Below, piece after piece: positions 55,159 through 64,000 of a DNA stretch of 64,000 nt (position 1 is the first letter of the stretch; each line of letters begins with the position of its first letter). Location of the stretch: IMG/VR virus record IMGVR_UViG_3300035670_000134; one strand, given 5' to 3'. The notes below the pieces were generated by a model, which worked only from the letters and a program-made list of their open reading frames with translations, was not told the origin of the DNA and searched no databases. The position numbers were made by a program, and so were the translations under genes. Origin of the DNA: an uncultured virus (IMG/VR IMGVR_UViG_3300035670_000134) (lineage: Duplodnaviria; Heunggongvirae; Uroviricota; Caudoviricetes).

Positions 55159-58140
55159 CTACTTTATTGGACAGGCACCGCCCTCGCACTCTAAATCCTC
55201 TAGAGCATACTCATTGATACGATCAACAAAGTCAATATTCTTAATCTTTGACTTCATCTTAAGATACTGATCCTTGTCAATCTCTTCATAAGGAGCAAGT
55301 GCAAAGCCATGATCACTGTGTAGAAGGAAGGATACAGACTTGAGCTTATCCTTATAGTTTTGCTTCATCCATTCCTGAATCTCAGGAAGTTCTTCCTTTC
55401 TATAGTAAACAGTTACAGAAACATTATTATCCGCCCATTCGGACTGAGCCTTCACAACCCAATTCAACTGATCCACTGCAGTAAGTTCCTTAGCAAGCAC
55501 AGCATGCTCTGGCGTTTCACAAGGGAATGAGACCACACAGACAGTATGATTCTCCTTACCATCAAGACCAACATCATACTGAACATCGTATCCCTTATCA
55601 CGACAGTAATTCACAAGAGGATCACTGCTACCCATACGAACTCTGCGGATGTAGTATTGAGAGTAAGCAGGATGAATACCCGGAGTTACACCGGCCAGAA
55701 GGCTTAGAGTGCCAGAAGGCTTAACCGTAGTTAACTTGATTGAAGCATTAATGCCAAGTTCCTTTGACCAAGTCTTATCGTATTCACGAAGAGCCTCATA
55801 ACAATCCGAAATCCATGACAGTTGCTCATCAGTAGCCTGAAGCCATCCAGTAATACCTTGACCAAGCCGACGGTTTCTTGTAATGACCGTTTGAGACTTG
55901 GCATATGGGTAATCAAGAGTCGTAATAGCCTTCTGAGTCTTGTACAGAAGACGACTAAGGTCAAGAAGTTCTTCCTTGCTTTCAATATTTGGCAGGAAAA
56001 TCTCAGCAAGATTGCACGGCTCACCATCTTCCAAACCAATCTCACCACAGTTGTGGACATAAAAACCGTTTGCATCAAAAGCATGAACATCACTGACGGT
56101 GCAGTCATAAACATCTTCAACACCATCTTCAACAATGTCAACAATTGTTGCAGTATATGGCTTATCGTAAAAACCCCGCTTCATGTCAGAAGTCTTTGAA
56201 GTCCAAGAACCCATCTTTCTTGTATTTTCAAAACCAACCGTATCCATGAAAGCAACAGCATTCTTGCCGGTAATAACAAGCCTATAACTTTCCTGCGTAA
56301 AATATGTTCCACCGGGCATGTTTTTGTATCCGGCTTCACGATTCAAATAAATATTTGAGATAATACCAAGCCTTGCAAGCATTCTTTGTACAGCAATAAG
56401 CATTTCGTAATTACTTTGCGACAGTCTAATCGACACGCCCCCCTTATCCGAGAAACCTTCAACATGACCATCGGCATCAAAAAGCCCTCGCAAAAAACCA
56501 ACATAGAAAGCAGAAGATGCTTGCTCAACATCAGGAGTAACAGTCTTGTTACCCTTAACAATTGAATACTTCTTTGCTAAATCACGCAAACCAGTGTGCA
56601 TAGACCGTTTCTGACCAGAATCAGAAACATTAAACCACCCAGAAAAATCAGAGCGATGAGGTAATAAATCCATAATTCTTGTCAAGCGGTTCTCTGGGCC
56701 GTCGCCGCCATCAGACTCTGGCCAGACAGCAACCGCAGGGGTTCCATTCGGATAGAAGGTACCATCACCAACAAGGTGACCAAGAATGTATCCATCATCC
56801 TCAGTACCTTCACCAAACCAAGAAGAGTTCTTATGATTGTGCAAAACAACCTGATCGCCAGCGACCAAACTGCCCGCCTCAACCCAGCCTCGATCTGGTG
56901 TCATTACCTTGTGATTATCGGTTAGACGAACAGAGTATCCGCTTGAAGTAACAAGCTTCAAAACAGGCTTTGTGCCAGTCTTCCAGAAACTCGTAGCAGA
57001 GAATGGCTTACCATCAACGATAGCAATAAAACCAGAATCAAGAAGATCCCCAACTATGCGTGGACCCTCGTCTGTTAGAATCCAAGTGTCAGCAGTGACA
57101 CATGGATTTGTGCCGATCACCTTGCTGTCATTAATCTTTTCACCAAGACGACCAGTCTTGCGAATAAGATCACGATTAATAAGTCCGTAAGGTTCACCTG
57201 AGCCATCATACCCCTTCCAAAATTCGTCAATTATCTCGTCGTATGAATCTGCAAAAATTGAGTTATTAGAATTACCACGCCATGCAGGAATGTCACCCTT
57301 GGCCCAATTCTTTGCACGAAGATACAAGAAATCATCTGGATCACCAATCGCAATCTGTGCAGAGCGACGAGCAGAGCCAGCAACAACAATCTTTCCGATA
57401 ATGTTGCAAATATCAAGAGCGTCTACAGAACGAATCTTCTTACCAATTCTTGCATCAAGAATCTTACAAATATCGGCAATACCCTCAATTAAAACTTCTG
57501 GTCCAGAGGCTGTGCCACCAAAAGTCTTAAGTGGAGCTCCAAAACCACGAATCAAAATAGTACTATACGAGAACGAAGCACCAGTATTGAAGTAACTGTC
57601 TAGAACCTTACCAAGCAGAGCCGACCATCCCTGACGAGAATCTGGGACAATAAAGTCAGCATCATTTGTGCGCTCATGAACAATTCTTGCTACTGGCTTA
57701 ATCTTAGGTAGATCATGGACAACTGCTCTTTCGACAGTAAATCCAACACCACCGCCAACCATAAGATGATCCATAAGGAATTGGAAATCCTCAACCTTAG
57801 AAATAGTTGTCATCCAACAATTGACAAGACTAACTCCACTCATCTTTCGTACCAGCGGAGTACCCAATTGCCAAAGGGCACGTCCAGCAAAAATGCCCTT
57901 TAAATTAAAGATGTAATCAAATAGGCGCTCAGCCTCTTCTTTCGTATACCCAGCGCCAATCTCTTGAGCACCATTGATTGCCCTAGCAATTGTTTCAAAC
58001 CAATATTCCTTACGCCCAAGAGCTTCGATATCTCTTGAATATGTGCGGCGATAAACAATCTCGCCCATGCCGTTGAATCCCCACGGCGGGGTCTTGTCCA
58101 CATACTGTGCGACAAAATCTGGTGTAATAACGTTACTCAT
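55159..58140 (-). CDS. nrdJ: class II (B12-dependent) ribonucleotide reductase, intein-containing
   Basis: SLVNC, GGGVG, RRSAQI, TNP[intein]CGEI, TVKPSGT, C-terminal CEGGACPIK. Confidence 0.93.
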   Translation of the reverse strand: MSNVITPDFVAQYVDKTPPWGFNGMGEIVYRRTYSRDIEALGRKEYWFETIARAINGAQEIGAGYTKEEAERLFDYIFNLKGIFAGRALWQLGTPLVRKMSGVSLVNCWMTTISKVEDFQFLMDHLMVGGGVGFTVERAVVHDLPKIKPVARIVHERTNDADFIVPDSRQGWSALLGKVLDSYFNTGASFSYSTILIRGFGAPLKTFGGTASGPEVLIEGIADICKILDARIGKKIRSVDALDICNIIGKIVVAGSARRSAQIAIGDPDDFLYLRAKNWAKGDIPAWRGNSNNSIFADSYDEIIDEFWKGYDGSGEPYGLINRDLIRKTGRLGEKINDSKVIGTNPCVTADTWILTDEGPRIVGDLLDSGFIAIVDGKPFSATSFWKTGTKPVLKLVTSSGYSVRLTDNHKVMTPDRGWVEAGSLVAGDQVVLHNHKNSSWFGEGTEDDGYILGHLVGDGTFYPNGTPAVAVWPESDGGDGPENRLTRIMDLLPHRSDFSGWFNVSDSGQKRSMHTGLRDLAKKYSIVKGNKTVTPDVEQASSAFYVGFLRGLFDADGHVEGFSDKGGVSIRLSQSNYEMLIAVQRMLARLGIISNIYLNREAGYKNMPGGTYFTQESYRLVITGKNAVAFMDTVGFENTRKMGSWTSKTSDMKRGFYDKPYTATIVDIVEDGVEDVYDCTVSDVHAFDANGFYVHNCGEIGLEDGEPCNLAEIFLPNIESKEELLDLSRLLYKTQKAITTLDYPYAKSQTVITRNRRLGQGITGWLQATDEQLSWISDCYEALREYDKTWSKELGINASIKLTTVKPSGTLSLLAGVTPGIHPAYSQYYIRRVRMGSSDPLVNYCRDKGYDVQYDVGLDGKENHTVCVVSFPCETPEHAVLAKELTAVDQLNWVVKAQSEWADNNVSVTVYYRKEELPEIQEWMKQNYKDKLKSVSFLLHSDHGFALAPYEEIDKDQYLKMKSKIKNIDFVDRINEYALEDLECEGGACPIK
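56050..57102 (-). mobile_element. intein (351 aa) with LAGLIDADG homing endonuclease
   Basis: Starts CVTADT, block B LTDNHK, LGHLVGDG and LRGLFDADG, ends VYDCTV...VHN followed by Cys. Confidence 0.93.
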
Positions 58141-58214
58141 TCAAACCTCCAAAGTGATAGATATCTATCGTATCAACTAGGACACTACTGATAAAGAAAA
58201 AATGCTAGGGGGTA

Positions 58215-59225
58215 TTAAAAATTCTTCTCGTACTCGTCTAGCCGATTGATGATCATATCAGCGACAGCGCCCCATGAGCGGGTTTCGTGAAGAATTCTTG
58301 CGGATTGCAGAGTATATTTTTTAAAGTCGTCGTATTCATTGACGACATGCTCCATAAGATCACATAAAGCATCATAACTCGGAGAAGCCCATTGACCAGC
58401 ATCAAAAGCGTACATACTACTTTGCTGATTAGCATCATCCCACTCAGCTTCTAAAGGAATAGAGTAATTAGCAAAGTCAGCAGTACCAGTTAAGTTTGTG
58501 ACAATGCTTGGCATTCCTGTAGCAATAGCTTCAAATGGAATCATGCCAAAGCCTTCACCCTTAGTCGGATAAACTAAGCAATGACACTTGTGGTATAACT
58601 GAACCATTTCTTCAGTTGTTAAGTTATGACTTACAGCATAAATCTGAGGATGATTATAGGCAGGAACCATTCTGCCATTAAGATAAACCTCTGCATCACA
58701 AAACTTATTGTACTTTAATACAAGTTGAAAATCATCTTGACCTTCATACAGGTCTAGGAAAGCATCAACAACAAGTTGAACATTCTTACGCTTTGATTCA
58801 CCACCTACGTGTAGAAAGTTAAACTTTCCCGTAATCTCTCTATCGTATATTTCAAATTCATCTGAAATGCCGTGAGGTATAACATGAATGTTATGATGAA
58901 GATTATTCTTTTCATAAACCTCTTTTACAAATTCTGAGGTAGCCCAAAGTTCGTCACACTCCGATATAGGCTGTTTCCATGACTCAGGAACTTTAGTTGA
59001 TTCCCAAGGTGTATAGCCTACAGTATAACTTCTACCAGTCTGGTAATACATAGGCTGACAGAAATTGATATGATAGGGAATATCTCTACGGTTATAGAAT
59101 ACACCTACCCCGCGAGATTGTAGACCCTTAATTGTACTAATTGCGGCATTAGAATACCCTTGACTGTACCAGAGTTCTCCGCTTTCATCCACATTACTTG
59201 GCGTGAACCAACTTATTTTTTTCAT
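58215..59225 (-). CDS. GT4-like (GT-B) glycosyltransferase
   Basis: TPWEST, VIPHG, RKN, PTKGEGFGMIPFEAIATG. Confidence 0.88.
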   Translation of the reverse strand: MKKISWFTPSNVDESGELWYSQGYSNAAISTIKGLQSRGVGVFYNRRDIPYHINFCQPMYYQTGRSYTVGYTPWESTKVPESWKQPISECDELWATSEFVKEVYEKNNLHHNIHVIPHGISDEFEIYDREITGKFNFLHVGGESKRKNVQLVVDAFLDLYEGQDDFQLVLKYNKFCDAEVYLNGRMVPAYNHPQIYAVSHNLTTEEMVQLYHKCHCLVYPTKGEGFGMIPFEAIATGMPSIVTNLTGTADFANYSIPLEAEWDDANQQSSMYAFDAGQWASPSYDALCDLMEHVVNEYDDFKKYTLQSARILHETRSWGAVADMIINRLDEYEKNF

Positions 59226-59234
59226 AGAACCTTA

Positions 59235-59453
59235 TTACTTAGTGTAAGTTTGCATGTCCAGACATTTTACACCCTTACGAATCAGTTTCTGTGCATCCTC
59301 CTCAGAAATTTCACAGGTAACTGGTGTCCCTCGGTAAACGCAGCGAGTAGCTGCTATGTAAAACCCATCACACTTCATAATAGAAATATAATCAGAGTCT
59401 AAAACCACGGCGGGACCGCAGTCGTCTGATTCAACGATTGCAACAATGTTCAT
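59235..59453 (-). CDS. hypothetical protein
   Basis: First gene of the leftward arm; TGATAACAT -10 box 6 nt upstream. Confidence 0.65.
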   Translation of the reverse strand: MNIVAIVESDDCGPAVVLDSDYISIMKCDGFYIAATRCVYRGTPVTCEISEEDAQKLIRKGVKCLDMQTYTK

Positions 59454-59635
59454 AGATATATGTTATCACTCTAAGCAATAAAACGATAATGACGTTACGC
59501 GTAACACTGTCTAACGCTGTGTGCTTCGCGTATTATAGTGTGAGAAGGTATCACAGATTTTGGCGGTCCGTCTCGTTTTACGGAATTTTTTCCAAAAAGC
59601 CGGAATCTGGATGATTCAGTGATAGCATCATACCC
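59454..59635. promoter_or_regulatory. divergent promoter region with 12-bp palindrome
   Basis: Strand switch; TGATAACAT (59460-59468, minus) and TGATAGCAT (59620-59628, plus); GTTACGCGTAAC at 59494-59505. Confidence 0.65.
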
Positions 59636-60331
59636 ATGAACTACGGAAACAGTGTCAAGGTTTTAAACGAAGGTGCAGTATCTCTGATTGAAGTTATGGG
59701 TAGCGACTTAGATGTTGTCAATGCTGCCAGAGTTAGTTTTTCTGCATACCAAGACGAGATGAATGATAAAGCAGCGGGTCTTGTTAATTATCTTCTTAAG
59801 AATAACCATGCAACACCGTTTGAGCATGTTTTGTTTAAGTTTTACATTAAGTGCCCAATCTTTGTTGCAAGAGAATGGTTTAGGCATAGGTGGTCTTCAT
59901 TCAATGAGATGAGCATGAGATACTATGTTCCAGATTCATTAGACTTCTTTTTTCCAAGTGATGAGTCTATTCGTAAGCAAGTTGGTAAGCCGGGTCATTA
60001 TACGTTTGAGAAGATTGATGATCCAGCAGTTTACGATTTTGTGACAGAAAAGTTTCAAGAAGCTTACACCGTTGCTGAAAATAACTATTATGAAATGATT
60101 GAGGCTGGTATTGCAAAAGAGATTGCAAGATCAGTCCTACCAGTTGGTCAGTACACAGAATTTGTCTGGACGGTAAATCTACGTAGTGTAATTAACTTTC
60201 TTGCGTTAAGAAATGATGAAAACGCACAGAAAGAAATTAGACAGTATGCAGAAGTAATTGAAAACCTTATTTATGCTCATGTGCCTGTAACAATGGAATC
60301 GTTTATTAATAACGGCAGGTCAGCGATCTAA
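59636..60331 (+). CDS. thyX: flavin-dependent thymidylate synthase
   Basis: VNAARVS, HATPFEH, REWFRHRWSSFNEMSMRY, AQKEIR. Confidence 0.95.
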   Translation: MNYGNSVKVLNEGAVSLIEVMGSDLDVVNAARVSFSAYQDEMNDKAAGLVNYLLKNNHATPFEHVLFKFYIKCPIFVAREWFRHRWSSFNEMSMRYYVPDSLDFFFPSDESIRKQVGKPGHYTFEKIDDPAVYDFVTEKFQEAYTVAENNYYEMIEAGIAKEIARSVLPVGQYTEFVWTVNLRSVINFLALRNDENAQKEIRQYAEVIENLIYAHVPVTMESFINNGRSAI

Positions 60332-60645
60332 TGAGAATTGTTCCTTACGATGGAGATGAAGAGATAGAGGATATTCCTACCTTATCTATCTTGATTAAAG
60401 CAATACCTTTTGAAGACGGCTATGCTCCAGCTTTTACGCTAGTTGCTCCAACTGACGATCACTTTATTTCCATTGATGAAGCAAATTGTTTAATGGATGG
60501 GATTGAAATAGCCCGTGATAGAGTCGATGAACTTATTGCTTTAATGCTACAATCTAAGATTGCGGAACGTTTTGCTGAGCAGCAAATTATCTTGTATGAC
60601 CAAGATGAGGAGGACGAAGAAGATGATAATGGGGAAGGTGATTAA
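60331..60645 (+). CDS. acidic hypothetical protein
   Basis: Coupled to thyX stop. Confidence 0.7.
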   Translation: MRIVPYDGDEEIEDIPTLSILIKAIPFEDGYAPAFTLVAPTDDHFISIDEANCLMDGIEIARDRVDELIALMLQSKIAERFAEQQIILYDQDEEDEEDDNGEGD

Positions 60646-60910
60646 GGATTTTCCTTATCCAGAAAAAAGATGTCCTTACTGCAACACCAAACTAACTCTA
60701 GTTAATGCAATTCATTACGAAAATGATCCATATCATTTTAAAGCTTTATATTTAGATCCAAATCCTAACTGTCCGGTTTACGACGAAGGTGCATTAAAAG
60801 GATATGCTCGCATATACTATTCCTCAGAAGAGGCATACTGGTATTACGGAGATGTAAAGATTCCGGTTCAAAGATGGAATCGTGAAGACTTGTATACGAT
60901 TTACAAGTAA
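60629..60910 (+). CDS. hypothetical protein (CPYC motif)
   Basis: Overlapping ORF; start set at MGKVIK. Confidence 0.65.
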   Translation: MGKVIKDFPYPEKRCPYCNTKLTLVNAIHYENDPYHFKALYLDPNPNCPVYDEGALKGYARIYYSSEEAYWYYGDVKIPVQRWNREDLYTIYK

Positions 60911-60931
60911 TCTGATAAAATAGAAAGTACT

Positions 60932-61981
60932 ATGCCAGTTGAAAGATGCTCAGACGGTGGGAAGCCGGGTTTTAGATTTGGTGATTCCGGTAAATGCTAT
61001 ACATACACGCAAGGTGATCAGGCGGGTATGAGAAGCGCAAGAGACAAGGCCCGTGCTCAAGAAAGAGCCGCTTATGCCTCTGGCTTCACAGGAAAATCGT
61101 ATGACGATACTGAATACGACTTTCTTAATGAATTCCTTCTAAAAGAAGAAGTTTCAACATACGAAGAATTCCTTGAAGATGTTATCAAAGAGGCTGAGTA
61201 TGAAATAGTTCTTCCGCCAGATGATCAAGAAGAAGAAGGTCATGAGCATATGATGCTTGATCGTTTAGATGCCGAAGAGAGAATGTTTGCAAACGCACTT
61301 CTTGCTATTACTCAGAAGTATGGAAAGTTTAATGCAGATGACGAGGGTGTATGGGTAGGGTTTGAAACTGGTGAAGATAATGAAGATGCAGAGATTGGCG
61401 TAAAGTGCTCTAATTGTGTTTTTGCTCACAGCGAAAAGGTTTGTATGATTATTGAGCAAGAGATTGAGCCAAATGGTAAATGCAGGCTTGCTGTTATTCC
61501 TAAAGGTCTTGTCCAACCAGATATGGACGACGAAGACGACGAAGATGAGGACGATGAAGAAATGGACAAGGTGACCTACGGTCGTCCCGGTCCAAATGAT
61601 CCAAGAAAGACTCCTGCTAAGCCATCCGAAAGGCGTAGAGGATCTTCTAGAAACCGATCTGGTTCTGCAGAAGGCGGTTCATCTGTAACATTCTCGGATG
61701 CAGTAACACGCTCTCTTAAGACAAAGATGGATACTCATAACGACAAGCACGGCGATGCAGCATCAAAGCGTGCTACAATGGCCGCTCTGAAAGCGGTTTA
61801 CAGGCGTGGTGCTGGGGCTTTTTCAACCTCACACCGTCCGGGTATGACAAGAGGTCAATGGGCAATGGCGAGAGTCAATGCTTACCTTTATCTGCTAAGA
61901 AACGGCAGACCGTCAAATCCAAACTACAATACAGATAACGATCTTTTGCCGAAGGGTCACCCCAGAAGCAGCAAGAAGTAA
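60932..61981 (+). CDS. multi-domain hypothetical protein with 4-Cys domain and basic C-terminal domain
   Basis: CSNC-x8-C-x12-C; LKAVYRRGAGAF...QWAMARVNAYL; acidic linkers. Confidence 0.75.
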   Translation: MPVERCSDGGKPGFRFGDSGKCYTYTQGDQAGMRSARDKARAQERAAYASGFTGKSYDDTEYDFLNEFLLKEEVSTYEEFLEDVIKEAEYEIVLPPDDQEEEGHEHMMLDRLDAEERMFANALLAITQKYGKFNADDEGVWVGFETGEDNEDAEIGVKCSNCVFAHSEKVCMIIEQEIEPNGKCRLAVIPKGLVQPDMDDEDDEDEDDEEMDKVTYGRPGPNDPRKTPAKPSERRRGSSRNRSGSAEGGSSVTFSDAVTRSLKTKMDTHNDKHGDAASKRATMAALKAVYRRGAGAFSTSHRPGMTRGQWAMARVNAYLYLLRNGRPSNPNYNTDNDLLPKGHPRSSKK

Positions 61982-61994
61982 TAAGGAGATAAAA

Positions 61995-62366
61995 ATGATC
62001 ATTAATCTACCGTACGATAATGTTGAGGTTATGAAGTCTCAGCATGAACGCATGAAGACATGGAATGAGAACATGATGAAGCAGCATGAAGCTGCTGCCT
62101 CATGGCATCAATCACAAATTGAAGAGCTTGAGAAGGCAATGGTAAGAGTTCCTTTAGAGCCTGAGCAGAAGCCAGCACCTAGCGCAGGCGGTTCCCGTGG
62201 TTCATCGACTGATGGCCCAGATGCTGCCGCTCCTGCACCAGTTCAGGTACCGCTTGATCCTATGAAGAAGGCAGACCTGATTAGCATTCTTGAGGATCAT
62301 GCCGCTCAATTTGGTGATTTTTCCAAGTCGGTTGAAGAGATTGCTGAGCTTATCCTTGGTGAGTGA
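61995..62366 (+). CDS. hypothetical protein
   Basis: AAGGAG RBS. Confidence 0.7.
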   Translation: MIINLPYDNVEVMKSQHERMKTWNENMMKQHEAAASWHQSQIEELEKAMVRVPLEPEQKPAPSAGGSRGSSTDGPDAAAPAPVQVPLDPMKKADLISILEDHAAQFGDFSKSVEEIAELILGE

Positions 62367-62572
62367 TGGACTCGGCAGGTATGTCCGCAATTATTGTCGC
62401 GCTTATAACGACATTAGGTGCGGTACTTGTTGCAATGTTTAACTCGCTTAGAAAAGAAAATCGGCAAGATCACAATGTCGTTAGGGACAAGCTAGAAAAA
62501 TTGGATGAAGATATCAAGCATATTGATAACAAACTTGATGATCATATTCAATGGCACCTTGACGATAAGTGA
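62363..62572 (+). CDS. small membrane protein with coiled coil
   Basis: N-terminal TM helix; ENRQDH...LDDHIQWH. Confidence 0.7.
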   Translation: MMDSAGMSAIIVALITTLGAVLVAMFNSLRKENRQDHNVVRDKLEKLDEDIKHIDNKLDDHIQWHLDDK

Positions 62573-62659
62573 TATAATATAGTTCGTGGTAAAGCCCTTG
62601 GCTGTAAGTATTTCGTAAGATTATTTATGGTGCGGGGGCTTACCCATTTTCGAGGTTAT

Positions 62660-63007
62660 ATGGAAACCCCTTTTTACCCCATCGTTGAAGTTTTCTGGAA
62701 AGATCACTACGCCATCGGTGACGAGTGGTATGATGAGGTCGGGAAAAGGGATGTCAGGATTATTTCCGCTATCGGATATCTTGTTGATGAAGACGAAGAC
62801 TATTACTACATTGCTGCCAACTACGATTTTGGAAATCATACTTTTTCCTCTGGGACTGCTGTTTTAAAAAATTGCATAATAAGAAGAAGGGTACTCAGTA
62901 AAGGTAAATTTAACTATGATCAGTTTTCAGGAACAAGAGCGTCTGATGAAAATCGTAAACGCACAGCACTCTTTAAAAAATTCGGAAAAGACCCGGGCTG
63001 GAGCTAG
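62660..63007 (+). CDS. phage hypothetical protein
   Basis: IVEVFWKDH...SAIGYLV; GAGG RBS before METPF. Confidence 0.65.
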   Translation: METPFYPIVEVFWKDHYAIGDEWYDEVGKRDVRIISAIGYLVDEDEDYYYIAANYDFGNHTFSSGTAVLKNCIIRRRVLSKGKFNYDQFSGTRASDENRKRTALFKKFGKDPGWS

Positions 63008-63353
63008 TGTTATTGTCGGCTTTAAGGATGAAAAGTCTTTAAAGCAAATTATTGCTCACTATCAAATAAATGAAGATGACGCAAAGTATTGGTGGGAGTA
63101 TTTTGGCTTCTCTGGTAGTTCTGTTGAGAAGAAAACAAAGACCCGGAAAAAGAATCATATCTTTGAGTTTCTTAAAGAGAATGCCGGTTCAGAGATTACT
63201 GTAAAAGATCTTTGTGATAAGTGTTCTATTAGCCAGCCAACAGCATACAAGTTTGTTAACGATAATATTGGATGGTTCAAAAAAGTTAAACGAGGTTTAT
63301 ACCTTATTGTCGATGCTGATGAAGAAAGAAAGAAGGCAAAGAGCAATGGGTGA
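62916..63353 (+). CDS. winged-HTH DNA-binding protein
   Basis: IFEFLKEN...ITVKDLCDKCSISQPTAYKFV...KKVKRGLY. Confidence 0.65.
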   Translation: MISFQEQERLMKIVNAQHSLKNSEKTRAGASVIVGFKDEKSLKQIIAHYQINEDDAKYWWEYFGFSGSSVEKKTKTRKKNHIFEFLKENAGSEITVKDLCDKCSISQPTAYKFVNDNIGWFKKVKRGLYLIVDADEERKKAKSNG

Positions 63354-63642
63354 AATAGAATACGCTGTCCGTGAACATGACGTAACCAATGAAGAAGACT
63401 TAGTTCAGGGAACTGTAATGTATACAGTTTATGGTAAGAATGGGCCTTGGCATGATATGGTTACTGGTCCCGCAGATTATTGCTGGGAGATTGTTGACGC
63501 ACTTCAGTTCGTTGAGGAAATAAGAAGAGAAGAACGTAAAGTGTACGGTGAAAATGATACTGTTCGGGCACGTCGTAACCCACCAAAAACAGCCCATGTT
63601 GACACAACGAAGACAGGGTCTGTTATATACTATAAGTCATGA
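63346..63642 (+). CDS. hypothetical protein
   Basis: Overlaps upstream stop; start set at MGEIEY. Confidence 0.6.
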   Translation: MGEIEYAVREHDVTNEEDLVQGTVMYTVYGKNGPWHDMVTGPADYCWEIVDALQFVEEIRREERKVYGENDTVRARRNPPKTAHVDTTKTGSVIYYKS

Positions 63643-63803
63643 ACGATAAAGGTTCAGACCCCATCGGGCCAGAATCAATTATTATTCTAAGATGCTGCCG
63701 GGACTGGCCGGTTCAGGCTATGATCGCTATGAGAAAAGGAGGCAGATGTGGATTCTGCGGAAGAGATCCAGAAGTCGTCTTTGAACGATACACAAGACAG
63801 TGA
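63639..63803 (+). CDS. 54-aa zinc-ribbon-like protein (not in ORF track)
   Basis: MNDKGSDPIGPESIIILRCCRDWP...GRCGFCGRDPEVVFERYTRQ; TATACT 7 nt upstream. Confidence 0.6.
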   Translation: MNDKGSDPIGPESIIILRCCRDWPVQAMIAMRKGGRCGFCGRDPEVVFERYTRQ

Positions 63804-64000
63804 TGAACCTTTAGAGGAAGTTCTCTCTATTTTAGGTGACATTGCTGCTGAGATAGAAAGCGGTGCTGAAGTTAAAATGAAGCACCCATCAGATTTTTAT
63901 TATTCAGCAGCACAAGAAGTTATAGAACTCAAAGCCCGGATTAATGAGCTCGAGATTATGCTTGATGGTGCCAAGAAAGGCGTTGAAAGATATGTCTTCG
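63781..64000 (+). CDS. hypothetical protein, runs off window
   Basis: Open frame LNDTQDSDEPLEEVLS... to the end; start uncertain. Confidence 0.55.
   Translation, partial: MNDTQDSDEPLEEVLSILGDIAAEIESGAEVKMKHPSDFYYSAAQEVIELKARINELEIMLDGAKKGVERYVF

Noticed and set aside
53090..55159. Terminase next to the portal
   Set aside because: No Walker A or nuclease motifs in neighbouring ORFs; terminase is presumably outside this window.
1..64000. tRNA, tmRNA or rRNA genes; integrase or att site
   Set aside because: No cloverleaf or T-loop signature noticed in the short intergenic gaps and no recombinase motifs; a tRNAscan/Infernal run would be needed to exclude them fully.
1..64000. Stop-codon reassignment
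   Set aside because: Genes tile densely under the standard code, and TAA, TAG and TGA all end genes at coupled junctions.

Overview
This window is a 64-kb piece of a large tailed dsDNA phage genome, most likely a siphovirus (2264-aa tape measure, no tail sheath seen). The host is probably an actinobacterium, judged from a WhiB regulator, a DnaE-type polymerase and many TGnTAnnnT -10 boxes lying 6-8 nt before start codons (leaderless mRNAs). From 1 to 59.5 kb nearly everything is on the minus strand. In genome order: a replication/recombination module (RuvC-like and second resolvase, Cas4-like nuclease, RecA-like ATPase, DnaE, two C5 cytosine methyltransferases, SSB, primase, DnaB, WhiB); a GC-rich array of tiny genes; tail genes; head-tail connectors; nuclease and endolysin; a large cluster of fibre/appendage genes; major capsid, prohead protease, portal; intein-containing NrdJ; and a glycosyltransferase. 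A divergent plus-strand arm begins with thyX. No terminase, integrase, tRNA, CRISPR array or reverse transcriptase was found. Most notable observations: (1) an unannotated 25-aa, 9-Cys metallothionein-like gene with its own promoter and RBS heading the head-tail genes; (2) a WbdD-like methyltransferase/kinase fusion between dnaE and recA; (3) an array of micro-genes joined by a conserved RBS/stop/start junction; (4) an out-of-frame second polypeptide nested in a C5 methyltransferase gene, M.EcoHK31I-beta-like; (5) a graded, extreme strand-composition skew ending abruptly near 10.8 kb; (6) candidate protease-processed capsid cargo domains, one with HiPIP-like Cys spacing. All family assignments come from recalled motifs; no database search was run.
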